Assembly (NCBI RefSeq): GCF_036321535.1
Contig: NC_087437.1
Coordinates: 27,344,001-27,408,000 of the forward strand
DNA from: Camelus dromedarius
Lineage: Eukaryota
Length of the DNA: 64,000 nucleotides
Direction: 5' to 3'
Shown here: piece after piece, positions 12,589 to 25,819 of the stretch
How the letters are laid out: each line of letters starts with the position of its first letter
Numbering within the stretch: position 1 is the first letter of the stretch
Made by a program: the position numbers and the translations under genes
The notes under the pieces: generated by a model
What the model saw: the letters and a program-made list of their open reading frames with translations, nothing else
The model's database searches: none
Told to the model about the DNA's origin: nothing

Positions 12589-13117
12589 TGCAGAAAATAA
12601 TGAACATAGCAGGCCTGAGGCTGCTATGCTTAGAAAGGCTGCTTGTAAGATTGGCCCTTGGCTGGTATCTGGGAACTTGAATGGTACACTGTTCTCTCCA
12701 CTGATAGAAAACTAAGTGGTGAGAGTAACTTGTTTAAACTGTCTGAACAGCTGCTTTCCTTTTGGGAGCCTGGAATTGTGTTACGTGCTGGACAGAGAGT
12801 GTCTGTGTGACCAGCCCCCACTGAAAACCCTGGCACTGAGTCTTCAGTGAGCTTCCCTCATAGACAATATTTCACACGTGATGTCACAGTTCACTGTGGC
12901 AGGAACTAAGTGCATCCTGTGTGACCCCACTGGGAGAGCCCTCTTGGAATCTTGTGCCTGTGTCCGCCAGACTTCCGCCCACGTGCCCCTTCCCTTTGCT
13001 GATTGGTTTGTATCCTTTCACTGTAATCAGTCGTAGCCATGAATATGATTGTTTCTGAGTCCTGTGAATCCTAGAGAATCACCAAACCTGGGCGGGGTCT
13101 TGGGGCCCTGTGGCACA
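12589..13117 (+). mobile_element. ERVL solo LTR (MER68-like)
   Basis: Starts 'tgcagaaaataatgaacatagcaggcctgaggctgctatgcttagaaagg', ends '..ggcaca' (TG..CA); flanked by direct repeat GTTGGGA at 12582-12588 and 13118-13124. Confidence 0.8.
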
Positions 13118-14649
13118 GTTGGGAACTCTAGAATTTCTGGAACAAGGGGATTAAGAAGGCAATCCAATTGGAAGGTGGTGGTGGGGTAGCTGACAGCGCC
13201 ACATAAAAAACTTGTGTGGGTGCCAGTAGAGCTACTATTTAAAACAAACGAAAAACAAATACAAAAGAACAGCAACAACAAAAACTGGAGTGACACTAAG
13301 GGATACTTGGAGGAAGCTGACAGCTCCTCCACTAAGAGATGCCCTGGTAATGGCATAACCTAGAAAAGTTGTGGCCACATGTATGTTCTCCCTCCACAAA
13401 TTCTTGAGCCCCTTGAAAACAGGGTGTTGCAAGGTCTTTGTACCTTCATCCTCAGAGAGGGTCATTTTGTAGAATGATGAGATGGATGGATTTACAGGCT
13501 TTTTTTTTTTTTTTTTTTTGAATTTACAGGGACTCAGACTTTAAGGAGGGAGGACCCATGATTATCTAAGAAGCCAATGGTTGAAGGAAGTTTTAAATCT
13601 CTCAGTTTATTTTAACTTCTGTCGGCCAAATAGACCTGGTTTTGAGGCTTAGTGGTGTCCTATTATGTTTATGTGGAGGGTAAGCAATAAAAAGGGAAGA
13701 AATTTCTGCAGAATTATACCTTTGTAGCTTCTCTTGGACACCACTGTCCATTTAATTGACAGAGACCTTTCAAAACAAAATGGCCTGGACTTTCAGCAGC
13801 AGGGTGGAGTGTGTGGGTGGGAATGGATGTGCATTTGTGGTACCAACAAGGAGAGATTTACAGGTGGGGCCTCAGGCTCAGCTCCCAAGGCAGTTGAGGG
13901 GAGGGACTGGTTCCCAAGCAGGCTTCTTGGTTCCACAGTTGGGATTAACCTCTTCCTTCTTTGCTTTATTCCTCACTTTTCTTTTTAGTGCTTCTCCCCC
14001 TCTCTGTCTCTGTCCTTTCAGACTTCTCCCTTCCACTCTTTCTCTTCTTACTTTGCTTCCTTTTGTTTCCTCTGTCCCTGACTCCTACTTCACCTCAGTC
14101 TTTGTCTCTTAATTTTTACTGCATTCTTTCTGGCTCTTTCTTGATAGCATCTTCTCAATTCAAGTTTTAACCCTCCCCGTGGATAGGCTCTGGACTCTAC
14201 TTCTGTCTTATGTTTTGAACTTCCCTGAAACATGGTCAACTTACTCTGGATGAGAATAAGCACTTTGTCTCCTGAAAACTGGAAAAAATAATGATGGTAA
14301 GGGCCTTCTTGGGCCAAGTATTACCTTCCTCCTGTGGCTAAAACTTGGGGAGTGTATAAAAGATGACACCAAGAGTTCAATTGCAGTTTCTTCAATGTTT
14401 AATGCCTTAAAGATGACAGTGATACATGCTTTTGCCCTAGATCTGTATTTTTAGCCATAGTATTTGCCACCCCTGAAGATAGTATTACCATGTGCTATGG
14501 TAAGTATGCTGCATATCTGAACATGTTCCTCAGGGGCTAGAGAAAATCAGTCCACCGTGCAGACTGGAATCAATGGGAATGACCAACCTCCAGCCTCAGG
14601 GGTTGGACCCTTGGGACCGCTGGGACTATTTAACAACCCTTGTGATAAT

Positions 14650-16890
14650 TCTCCATGAGCCCCTACTCCCCTTCCATCCAGGACCTCTGAGAGCCCTTCA
14701 TCTTTCTCCTTGAGATCTTTACCTCCAATCCATAGTTCTCACAGTTAGCAGATGACCTCCCCTCTACTTTATCAATAAAGTGATTGGACCTAAACAATTT
14801 GGCCTTGCAAACTTCCGTTTTCCCGTAATTCTCTCCCCTCCACCATTCATGGGGATAAAGAGTTCCTTTTCCAGTTCAAAGCCAGCCTCTTCGCCTGTAC
14901 TCTGGATCTATTTCCTCTCATCTCTGGCACCTGCTTCTGTGTATTATCATCTCTCTTACACCACCAGTTTTTCTCCTTTCCACAAGCTCTTTGCATATAA
15001 CTCGTAAATATGCTTAAAGACTTCTTTTTGGAAAGAAGCAATCTCTTTTGGCCTTCTCCACCTTCTAATGTCTCTGGCTATTGCCCAGATCTCTGCTTTC
15101 TTTTCTGGTCAACTTTCTGGAAAGAGGAAAATTACCTTCTTTTTCCATTTGCTCACCTCTCATTCAGTCCTCACATCCCTGAGATCTCACTTCCATCCTC
15201 CATCCCTCTGTTGAAAACAATTCTGGCAAAGATCTCTACTCTGGCAAAGATCTTCATATTGGCGAACCCAATAGTCACTTTTAATCCTTATCTTGTTAGA
15301 CCTCACTATAGTACTTGACACTATTGAACTTCTCATTCTTGAAATTGCTTGGCAACCAGGATATCTCTCTCTTGGTTTCTTGCCATTTCTCTGATTGTGC
15401 TTCTTGATCTCTCTAGTGGGATCCTCTTCCTTTACTCATCTTTTAAGCTGGGAATTAAAAACACAAGTATCTACCAGGGCCAGGGAAGTAATATAAATAA
15501 ATGAAATAAGTATATGAAACAACACCATAGTAATAATTAATGAGAGACGACATTAGCCTTGGTGTGAGAAAGACAGTGGGGAGTAGTGGAGGTTGTAAAC
15601 AGTAGGAGAACTTGTGTCCCATTGAAAAGGGAAAGCTGCTACTCAATTTTGATGGATGTTGTTATGTGAAAATGCAAGTCCAGTGGGTCCAGAGCTCCTG
15701 ATTATAGGAGAATCTTGAAATTCTTGTTTTCAGGTGAAATTTCCTGATTTTAAATGTTGGCAACAACAAAAAAAGAAAACACGTAGAACTTGTTTGTAGA
15801 AAATCTGCCTTAAATACTGGTGCACCTCACAGTTGTGAACCAGCCCCATGGCTATTTCTTTATGTTTCTCCTTTTACCGGCTCAACTATTCTCATGATTT
15901 TAACTCCCACCAAGAAACAGAAGACCTTCATCTCCCAGTCTGGTCTCTCCTGTGACATTCAATGCATAAGTCCAGTTATTTTTTGGACATTATAATTGCA
16001 TGTTCAATAAGCAGTTCAAGTTCCACATGTTCAAACTTGAACTCATGCTTCCCCAGACATCTCCTCCTCCCTCTCAGTAAGTTGTATCACCATCCTTCTT
16101 GCCATTTGATTCAGATTTCTGGGGGTTAATCTGAATTTTTGTTGTTATTGTTATTCTCTGTCATTCACAGTTCTCCATAACCAAGGCCGGCCAGTTGTAC
16201 CCATTACATTGCTTGATCTGTCCTGTCCTTCTGCCACTGTCTTCATTGAGGTCCTTGACATCTCTTGCCTGAATTATCACCTTAGACTCTTAAGTATTCC
16301 CAACCCATTTGCCTGCCTCCAGATTAGTCTTTTTAAAATCTGTCCTTTCTATTGAGGCCAAAGTGATAAAGGCAAATTTGATTACTCTCCCATCTTCTTG
16401 AAACATTTCAAGAGCTCCCCAGGGCCTGTTGAATCAAGTCCAAGGCGAAGAGTAAGGTTTTCAGTGACCTCACCCCTCCTTGTCTGGTACTTGATGCTCT
16501 AGCATTTCCAAATAGCCTGCAGCTCCTCACATACCCCACCCTGCCTGCTGCCTCTTTGACTTCAGTTTTTCTGTCCTGTCTTCCCACATTCTTCCCAGTA
16601 CCCTCTAATGCTTACTCAATGCTCGAGATACTTCTCTTTCTGGGAACCCTTCCCTGAATTTCCTGTTTGGGCCAAGAGTCACTCATCTGGGCCCCCACAA
16701 CCACTGGGTTTGTATATTACAGTTCTTTCTATGTCGCACTGTCATGGTGTGTTTACGTGTAGCAAGCTGCACTAGGGTAGAAATCATACCCTGATTTATT
16801 TGTATCCTCTCCCCCGCCTAGTTAGCATCCATAGCACTTCCCAGCACATGGCAATAACTCGATAAATATTGCTAAACTAAACTGAACTAA
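14650..16890 (+). mobile_element. Long LINE-2 remnant (ORF2-derived part + 3' end), interrupted by a DNA transposon
   Basis: L2 motifs 'gcagatgacctcccctctacttt', 'cttatcttgttagacctc', 'aagttccacatgttcaaacttgaactc', tail 'gataaatattgctaaactaaactgaa'. Confidence 0.7.
15455..15800. mobile_element. hAT-Charlie MITE (MER102-like) inside the L2
   Basis: 'gtgaaatttcctgattttaaatgttggcaac' motif; abrupt purine-rich switch within the pyrimidine-rich L2. Confidence 0.55.
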
Positions 16891-17094
16891 CATCTCAGTT
16901 GGGGAAATGGAAGCAGCAATCCTGGTACTTGGTAATGAGAAATTTCCCAGGGATCAGAATGAGGAGTGGAATTTAGCCCAAGACTTCAGAGAAGGAGAAT
17001 TCAGGACAAGTTTCCTATATAATTTTGGTTGCAAAACCACATGAAGAAAGCAGAGCTAAGTGGTAGTACGCTGAAATCCCAGAAGATGGGGTTA

Positions 17095-17710
17095 TAGCCT
17101 CACCAGACTAAAGAGATGAATGCGATCTTGGACTATGGTAGTTGCATCACAGGTGTCCAGTTTAGAGGTGGGAATAGTCCCACTGTTCTTCATCCTGGTC
17201 AGTCTACATCCAAATGTGGTGTCCAGGTCTGGGTCGTCATTCTTGCCTGACCAGGTGAGAGATGAAGACCAGCATGGTGAGAAGTCCCAATGCCATGCCG
17301 ATGAAAGGGACATTAAAGAACTGGGGATGTTTGGTCTCAAAAAGAAAAAAAAAAGTATTAGTGGAAATCTGAGAGGGGCACTGAAACACTGGAAAGACCC
17401 TCATTTGAGAAAGGGGAAAACGCCTACCTCATGAGGCACCAGAGGATGAAACTGGGACAAATAAATGAAAGCTATAGGGAAGCAAATGACAATCCTATGT
17501 CAGGGACAGTTGTCTAAGAATCAGAAGTGTCCAGAAAGTAATGAACTGCTTCATCAGCAGTGAAAAGCCCCCATCTCTAGGTGTGTTTGAGGAGATGCTA
17601 AACAGCCAGCAGCCAAGACAGTTTCAGAAGTGCCTGCTGCTTGGTGGCAGCCTGGACTAGTTGACCAGTAGATGACCTTTCGATATTAAGAGCCTAGAAT
17701 TCTGTGAGAT
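17095..17710 (+). mobile_element. CR1/L3 LINE 3' end
   Basis: 'aaagaactggggatgtttggtct' (KELGMFGL, typical of the CR1 ORF2 C-terminus), 'ctggactagttgacc', terminal 'attctgtga'. Confidence 0.75.
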
Positions 17711-19124
17711 TAAAAAAACCGTCTTTGTTTCCTAAAGAAAAGGTTACAGTTCTTTTCTTAGTGAAGATGTAGAGCGACAAAAGAGTTGTCATTTGACTTC
17801 ACCAGTTCAGAAATCATCATGGTGCTGTTTCTTCCACTTAAAAGATTCCACGTTTGGCATTCTTGGTATTCTCCAATCGCATTCTTCTACTTCCCTCAGA
17901 CTTGGGTCTCTATGCACAACAGATCCTTCAGTCAGTCCCAATTCACTTTTCTTTGGTTCTGCAGGAGTTCACGGAACTTCCCCCAAGAACCAGGGATGAT
18001 TCTGGAAGGCCACAGAGGTATAGATGACCATCCTGTGACAAGAGAGTGGCTAATTCTGCATCAGCACCTCTGCTGGTCCAACTTGGTTAGAGGAGACTTC
18101 TTAAAGGATATACCAGCATGTCTTTCTTCTAAATTAAAACCTTCATATAGGGGAAGGAGGTTTGGAGAGCTCCACTCTTAAAAATACAAGAATAAGAAAC
18201 AAACTATTTTAAAAAGGAGAAAGTATGTCAGCTTAGCAGGATTTAGAGTTAACCCCTCAGAAGTGATCTGGGATCTGGAGATAAAGTTCTGTTACACAAG
18301 AATTTGCCAGAACTTAGAGCTTGGCTAACTTCATCATCTGATTCCAATTGTTCCTTTTCTGTTTTCTCTTGGAAAATTCACCTACCACTGGTGCCCTGCA
18401 GCTGGTCTTGTGGAGAGAGGAAATCCAAGTGGTAGGAGCCTGAGACACGGCACCAGGGGACTTCCCCATAGCAGTTGACCCTGAGCACTCTCCCTGCCTG
18501 GTTGGATTCTAGTCCAACCTTCCACCTGGTCACCATGGCCACTCCTGACTCCCTCTTCCCATGACCATCACCAGCCTTGTGTCATGCATGTTCTGTAGCC
18601 CTGTTTCCTCTCCTGGCCCTGAACTGCTACTGGGGAGACTTTGGAAGTCTGCAGACCTGAATCACTGCAATTTGTGTCTTGCGACCAGCTGAGCCAGTTT
18701 TCTTCAGCCCTTGCACATCCCCACACTGGTTGTTTCCAATCCAGTCACTCAATATGGCCCCCGTTCCTTTCCCAGAGGACCTTACCGCCCACTTTCCTGA
18801 GGCTGCTATACTTCAACTGTCCCATCTGTACTCACCTCCATTTGGGAACCTGTTTACAGAGGAGTATTTCTCTTAGTTCTAAGAAGACACTCTTCCCCTG
18901 GCCTCTCAGTTTAGACTCCTCCTGCCTCCTCAAACATCCTTAACTCTGACTTCGGTCCTCAAATCCAGTTCTGTATCTCTAATTGCCTACAGGACACATG
19001 TGCTGAGTGTCATGACATCACCAAGTTCCCTGACAACATGCCCCAAACAGAACTTACCATTCATCACAACCCTCCTCCAGCATCACTATCATGGCCCATT
19101 TCCTTGTGACGCCCTCCTTCCTTC

Positions 19125-19331
19125 ACAGCCATCTGGTCACCACGAAGGGATGAGCATGAGAGAAAGGCCAGGAGCACTGCCAAGATGCAGGCCATCATGG
19201 TCAAGCCCCTGAACCACAGGCAGCAGCTGCTTCCCTCCAGACTTCTGGACAAAAATTAAAAAGGTTAGTTTGAGCCAGTGTTAAGTCTGGTGTTCTGTTA
19301 CTTTAACCAAAATGCATGCAAAACCAGTACA
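19125..19331 (+). mobile_element. MaLR LTR (MLT1-type) 3' part
   Basis: 'cagccatctgg', 'cctccagacttct', 'gtttgagccagtgttaagtctggtgttctgttact', ends 'taca'. Confidence 0.6.
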
Positions 19332-20577
19332 CCAATTCCAGCCAACTTCAGAGTGTTCTTTCTGGCTCACTGAGACTTATCACCAGAATTTAGAATAGCT
19401 CTTGAAACATGACCTGCAAATTAACAAATATTTGTTAAATGAATGACTGAATGAATGACTAAATTGTACATCAAAGCATTTTTTGAAACAAACATTAACC
19501 ATTAGAAACCTCGTGTGTAGGTTCAAAGTTTAATTTTATGTTTCACAGAGAGTGCCTAGGAGATTTCCAGTCTGCTAAATTTAAATTAAATAATCTTACA
19601 AGATTTTTTCTTTCTTTATGAGTAGAGGCACTGATGAATAAATTTTGATTAGACTAATACTTTTTTTTCAGGGCAGTGTGGTTGCAGCTACAATAGGTTA
19701 GGAATTCCCTGGTCTGTCACAGCGGATTGTCAGGACTGGGTCTGAACCCCATTTGTAAGCCCAGGGATTACTAATCAGCACTTGTGTCCCTGGCCCTGGT
19801 TGTTAGCGGCTCATTTGGCAAAATGCCAACATGGTTAATCACGTCCTGGCTTCCTAAATCTCCGTGTTTTTAACCAGAGCCTTCATTTCCTGGGTTAAGC
19901 TGCTCCAAAGAGTTGGGTAACTGAGGCGTAAAGGATGAGTTTTCAGAGGGATGAGATATTTCCTGACCAGGTGACCGGAAAAGTGTAGCTGTCAGTCGTG
20001 TCTCGTGTGTCGTGGTAGTCAGATTCTGATTACAAAACGGAGGCATTGCCAAGAAGTTGTAGGTTTGAAAAATGAAGCTTCGTGTTTCCCCGGTCACTTA
20101 TTTCAGTGGCTGTCAAACTGTTTCACGGAGTCTATCAAAGTTTGGGGTTGCTGATGCCAGTGGAGGCCAGTGAAACCAGTTTCAAACTTTTGCATTAATC
20201 ACAAATCTTGTTGTTGTTCTCCTTGGTTAACCTAATACTAAGGAAATGTAGAGCTGCATTTAAAAATTTCCACTAATATATACTGCTTTATTCGTTCCTT
20301 ATATTAGGGTTCCAGGGAGGTTTCATTTTTTTTTAAAAAAGAGACTTTCCATGTTAAAAAGGTTGAAAACTACTGAGAGGTCAACACAGTGGAGGGACTT
20401 GCTTAGGGAAAAGCAATATTCCCTGCCTTAGTGAGAAATCTGAAGGGTTAAATGAAATAATCTGTGTGAGAGCATTTATTTAGCACAGTGCTTGGTATAA
20501 AGGTTAGTAAAGTTTGGTGGAAGGAAGGAAGGGAGGGAGGGAGGGAGGAAGGTGTGGCAGAATTAATTAAAAGCAGA

Positions 20578-21833
20578 TGTGTCAGGTATCTTCGGCCTCT
20601 CCAGATTCACTTTGCGGAGGCTGACCTATGTGGACACATCACCAGAGCGCCCTTGCTTGGTCTCCAGATCATTTTGGCTGACAGGAAGTCCGGGGAACCT
20701 AGACGGTGGAATAAAGATGAAGTCTGGGTGTTTACTCCCCCAGCCCCAACTTAGGCTGTTTGTGTTCCTTCACCAAAGCAGCTGCTCCTCTCAAGGCAGC
20801 CTCCTCTGCACACTCTCCTGCTGGGCTCTGATATCAGTGTTCTCCCCTTGCCTCTCTGGGGCTGGGGGTTGATACTGTGATTTACACTAAGAAATATATG
20901 TATTTGCTCTTTGTCCCAGTCCTGGCACATAGCTCCTAAAACCCTTGGAATTCCCTAAATGATGGGGGTGAGGGAGGGTCTTTTGTTAACGAGGCAACTT
21001 CTGGAAAGCCCTGGGGTAACCTAAGCATGGGAGCTGGTTGCCAGGGGAAACTACCATGTGATTGAGGGGTTGGAACTCTCAGTTCCCACCCACCGCTCAA
21101 ACAGGTGAATCCAAGCACCATCGGCCACCGATTTGATCAATTGTGCCTACGAAATGAAGCCTCCATCAAAATGGAAAAGGATGGGGTTTGGAGAGCTTCC
21201 AGGTTGGTGAACCAGAACATTTCCACGTGCCTCTGTGCCAGGCCCCAAACTCCATGGGGACAGAAGCACCTTTGTTTGGGATCTTGCCCTGTGTATCTCT
21301 TCATCTGGCTCTTGCTTTGTATCCTTTAATATCCTTTGCAATAAGTCAGTAATCTAGTGAGTAAACTATTTTCGTGAGTTCTGTGAGCTACTCTAGCAAA
21401 TTAATTGAACCCAAGGAGGGGGCCGTGGGAGCCTCTAAATTGTAGCTAGTCGGTCAGAAGCACAGATAACAATCTGGACTGGTGATTGGCATCTGAAGTG
21501 GAGGGCAGTCTTGGACTGAGCCCTTAAACTGTGGGCTCTGATTTTTTTCTCCAGGTAGATCGTGTCAAAACTGAGTTCAATTGTAGGACACCCAGCTGGT
21601 GTTAAAGAATTGCTTGGCAGCTTGGGGGAAAAAAACCCACATGTTGGAATCGGTATTAGAATTCGTAAGTGGTGCCAGCTCCACTGCTACTAACTCCGGG
21701 TTACTGCACTGTCCTTTGTGGTTCCCCTGCGTCCTGCCCACACCTTTGTTAATATCCATCTTGTAAAGGAATGCTTGATGAATTATTCTAACTAGGGGGT
21801 GCTGTGTGTTCCTATTGGGCCCCAACTGATGTA
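20578..21833 (+). mobile_element. LTR33-like solo LTR split by a MER21-like LTR
   Basis: 5' half 20578-20869 ends '..ggggt'; 3' half resumes at about 21671 with 'ggtgccagctccactgctactaa..cctgcccacacctttgt'. Confidence 0.7.
20870..21668 (+). mobile_element. MER21-like ERV LTR
   Basis: Starts 'tgatactgtgattt..aagaaatatatgtatttg', includes 'agctcctaaaacccttggaatt', 'ctggcatctgaagtgg'-like and 'ttgtaggacacccagctggtgt'. Confidence 0.8.
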
Positions 21834-21837
21834 GTGA

Positions 21838-22258
21838 GTGGCTGCATACTTTGACACTCCAAAAATATTCTTTACCCTTTCCCCCCACATTCTGTATGGC
21901 CAGAGGCAGATCTCTGGAGACCTCAAGTTGAGTTTGGCCACTGGGACCACCATCAGGAGATCTGAGGGCTGGAGGAGAGAGAACAGGTGATTTATAACCC
22001 CTGCTGGCTTTGGCTGGGCAGTTGTGTTACACTTAAGACCACAGCTTCTGCCATCAGTCCCACTCCCAGGGCTCAGCAGTGACCAAGTCCATCACTTCAC
22101 CCTTCCAACTCTCCGGATGGTAATGGCTCCCCAGCTTCACTGTTTCTGGTTGGTTCCCCTAACTCTGACCCATCTTTGTGAAATAATTATTTCATTAAAC
22201 TCTCATTTATTCCTGAGGTAATTGTGTCATCTACTCTCTGCCAGGACCCTGGCTCCTA
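21838..22258 (+). mobile_element. Second LTR33-like LTR directly downstream of the first
   Basis: 'gagtttggccactgggaccaccatcaggagatctgagggctggaggagaga', 'ttcattaaactctc', 'ctgccaggaccctg'. Confidence 0.7.
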
Positions 22259-24173
22259 GCGTAAATTTTAAGACTTGTGGCGTTAGGTGCAGATTGAAGT
22301 TTTATTCACTGTCAGTGATTCATTTTTAAAGAAGTCTTAGTAAAGCTATGAGATTGTTTGAATTCAGACAAGTAGCAAAGACAAGATTTTCCTTTTATTC
22401 CTCCTTCCTGTCTCAAGATAGTGAAGTTCATAGAGCAGAAAAAAAAAAACAATGCATTAATTGGTTCTTTGTCCAGCCCAAACAGGGTGTGTGGACAGGG
22501 AGGGAGTAAGATGACAGTACAGGGATATGAAAAACTCACAACTGAAGAATCAGGAGCCACATAATTTATCCATAACACGTAGCAAACTGAATGCGAAGTC
22601 TTCAGCTCTAGAATGTATTTATACTAAAGGGCATCTCATAGGTTTAGGCTCCAAAGGAACATAACCAGTGACATTTCACTCTTGAAAATTCAGTAACTAC
22701 CTCTATGGAAGGGAATAAGAGTTTCTCTGTTTAGAACTTGGGATATGGATGTGAGAAATAAAAACTAGTAACAGAAAGTTACATCATGGCTCCATGGTCC
22801 GTGCTTCCTAAGACATTCCAAGTGAGAAAACCTGTTCTGTATTTAATGAATTTCAGAGAGTATCAGCCTGTCTCTTCCAATCACCATCAATTGGTGAGTT
22901 AATGTGATGCAACCCTTATTGAGAGCCCAGAACTAGGTACTGTGGATGCAAAAGTGAGTGAGCATGGCAGACGGACACACTGATGACTCCACATCAAAGC
23001 AGACCATGTTAGTTACATGAAGAAGCCTCTCATGGGATAAACACAAGTGACTTGAGAGCACGGAAGTGGTCCTGTTGCATCTTATATCTAACATCAGTTC
23101 CTGAGGCCACAGTTAAAATCCAGTTCTTTTTCGTTTCTAAGAAGAGATGGATAGCAGCTATTCACTATCCTTCGTGTAATTGCATCTCAAGGGGTAATTT
23201 AATGATGACTTCACCTCTCTTCTCGATCCTTCCTGCTAATTTGCCTTCATTATCCCGGTGAGGACGTCCCAGGTCTTCCATCCTACAAGCATATTTCCTT
23301 GGCACATCCAGGAAGACATCCAAAGCTCTGAGATGGAGGTGCCCATGTTTCGCGATATTAACCAGAGGTCATTACAGCTCCCCTTTGCAGTAGTGCTTCC
23401 TGGTCTTTTCGCCTATCAACACATAGGAAACAGCGGTATTTTTAGGCTGCCATTGGGCTAAATGGAAGACATTATTTGTGGCTAAAGGCAAAGATCTTAG
23501 GACTATGACTGTCTCAGGTCCTGCCTGGTTACCCCATGATCTACGAGGATCTGTGTAGCCCAAAGCCCCTTCACTGAACTAGGAATTTCTGGCATACAGA
23601 ATGAAGTCCAAGCACCTTATGCTTATGTGGCAGGTAACACATCCAGACAGCGGGGCCCTGGATGGGGCCCTTGCTCCCTGGTTTTGTCCACTCGGACTCT
23701 GAGCTCAACTATCTGCTCAGCACAGACATCTGAATACAAAACCCTATCCAGAGGGGTTCTTTAACTTGGGAATTTATGAAGATGGCAAAAGATGATGACT
23801 GAAGCCACACTCTGAAATGAGAACTCCATAAAGTTTATTATACATAGTTATATTCAGCTACCCAGAAAGAGGATATGTAATAGGTTGTTTTATTTGTCTC
23901 CAGTTAATCCTCACTAAGAAACTGGTAATAACCCTTAACAGTATTCCTCTGTGTGCTTCTCACTGTTTGATTCCTAGGGTACCTGTGCAGGGCTGCTCAC
24001 TTTTTATCTCAGCTTTTTACTTCTTTTGCAGGTAGTTCTTAGCTTCTGAACATTGGCTGCAGGAATGGTTGATCTTAGGCAAATCTGTCCGTAGACCTCC
24101 TGGGAATGTGGTACCCCTCTGGGATTGCATTATTTGGAGCTGTAATACGGGAGTGGAGGAGAAGGAAGAGTGA

Positions 24174-24175
<2 letters not shown>

Positions 24176-24204
<29 letters not shown>
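24176..24204. repeat. (TG)n microsatellite
   Basis: Directly visible. Confidence 0.95.
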
Positions 24205-25029
24205 CTAAGGGATTACTTCCTCTTTGGAGTGACTCTGAAAATGAGCCCCCCATTGCATAGATGGCTGGTTGCCATGACACTTCCTGTGTGACACCTTCAG
24301 CATCCTCTCCTGATGTTAATAGTCCAGACATGACTGCTCAGTCACCAGCCAAGGCCCTCACCAACTGGATGCTGCTTATCTTTCTCAATTGCCCCCAGTG
24401 CATCCTGTTCCCTGGCCACGCCACATTTTTAACTTTTCCTGCATACATTTTGCCTTTTCAGCCTTTGTTTCTTTCTGTTAAAAACAAACAAACAAATAAA
24501 ACCAAAAAACTTCCGCAGTTTGACTTCCTGGTAAACATCCACTCATCAAGATCTGTGAATCCTTCCCACCCCAATGGTGGAATAAGTTCATTCACTCTTT
24601 TTATTCTCATCTCCTAATGTACATACTTCTCTTCCCCAGTACTTATCATGTTGAACTGGAGTAATAGTTATTTGTGTATCTCCTCCCCATCCCTGTGAGA
24701 CTGCTGGCGCTTGAGGCTAACAATGGCGTCTTATTCAGCTGGGTATTCGCAACGCCCAGCCCATAGCCTGGCCTGGGAATGCTGCTCTCCCATGTCAAGT
24801 GAATGACTGTAGGGCAAGCAAGGGCTTCCAGCGGCTCTAATGAAACTCTTCCCTGCGTGCCAAGGGCAGAGACTCTAGTGGAACAGAAACCTTGAATACA
24901 ACCCTAAGATTTTGTATCAGGGTTCTTAAAATTTTCACAAGAATTTGTTGCTGATTCCATGCCTAGCGAACATCATGCACGCTTAGGGGGTACCATGTGA
25001 TCGTGATGATAATTCTTTGCTGAAATACA

Positions 25030-25300
25030 TGTAGTTTCTCCTCTGCCTGGAGCACTCTTCCCCATGCCCATCCCAAACCAGCCTCCACACATCATCTAAA
25101 CTTCCTCAATCATTGCACTGTATGTTAATGGTCTATTTATTGAACTGACTTCTCCCACTGAACTATAAATCCATGAAGTCAGGGTGTATGTCAGTCACGT
25201 TCATCATTGTATCCTCTGTTTTACAGGATGCCTAGCGTGTAATCTGCATTAAATATTTTTTGAATGAATAAGTGAATGAATGAATGAATGAATGAATGAA
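25030..25300 (+). mobile_element. LINE-2 3' end with (GAAT)n tail
   Basis: 'ctctgcctggagcactcttccc', 'cccactgaactataaatccatgaag', tail at 25261-25300. Confidence 0.75.
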
Positions 25301-25819
25301 GTGAGTTATCCTTGTTGGCTCAGCCAGGGATCTTTAATAAAAGAGTAACGAAATATTACCCGATGGAGTTTCAACAATGTAGATCCAGCTCCTTTGAAAG
25401 TTAGCCGGGCGAAGCAGGTGAACAAGATAAATTTGGCAACGCTTTAGAACCTTGTAAGAGAGAAGACATTAAGTCAGTGTAGATTTTTGTAGCAAACCCT
25501 GAAAAAAATTTCCCTGCTGACTTTTATATACTTAAGTGGGAGCTATTCTTACAATGATTTTAATGATTCATTTGTGTTGCATCACATACCTTAGTAGGCA
25601 GGAATATTTTTACTGTTTTACTCACCAGAATGTTTTCCCAAAGCAGCTTTTTGAGAGTAACAGAATAGCTTAGATGGTGTGATACTCAATCCTTCACTGC
25701 TCCGTGGTGATATTGTTAGAAGGGGAAAGTTTTTCTATCACTATGTCCCACAGAAGATGGTTTGCCTTTCATTTGGCAACAATCATTTCAGACTGGAAGG
25801 TCATGAATAGGCAATTCAG

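Noticed and set aside
15222..15253. Direct repeat TCTGGCAAAGATCT x2
   Set aside because: Small local tandem duplication inside an L2 fossil; no sign of function.
17762..17865. Possible exon (ttttcttag acceptor, open frame EDVERQKSCHL..)
   Set aside because: No recognisable protein and a weak donor; cannot be supported without RNA or homology data.
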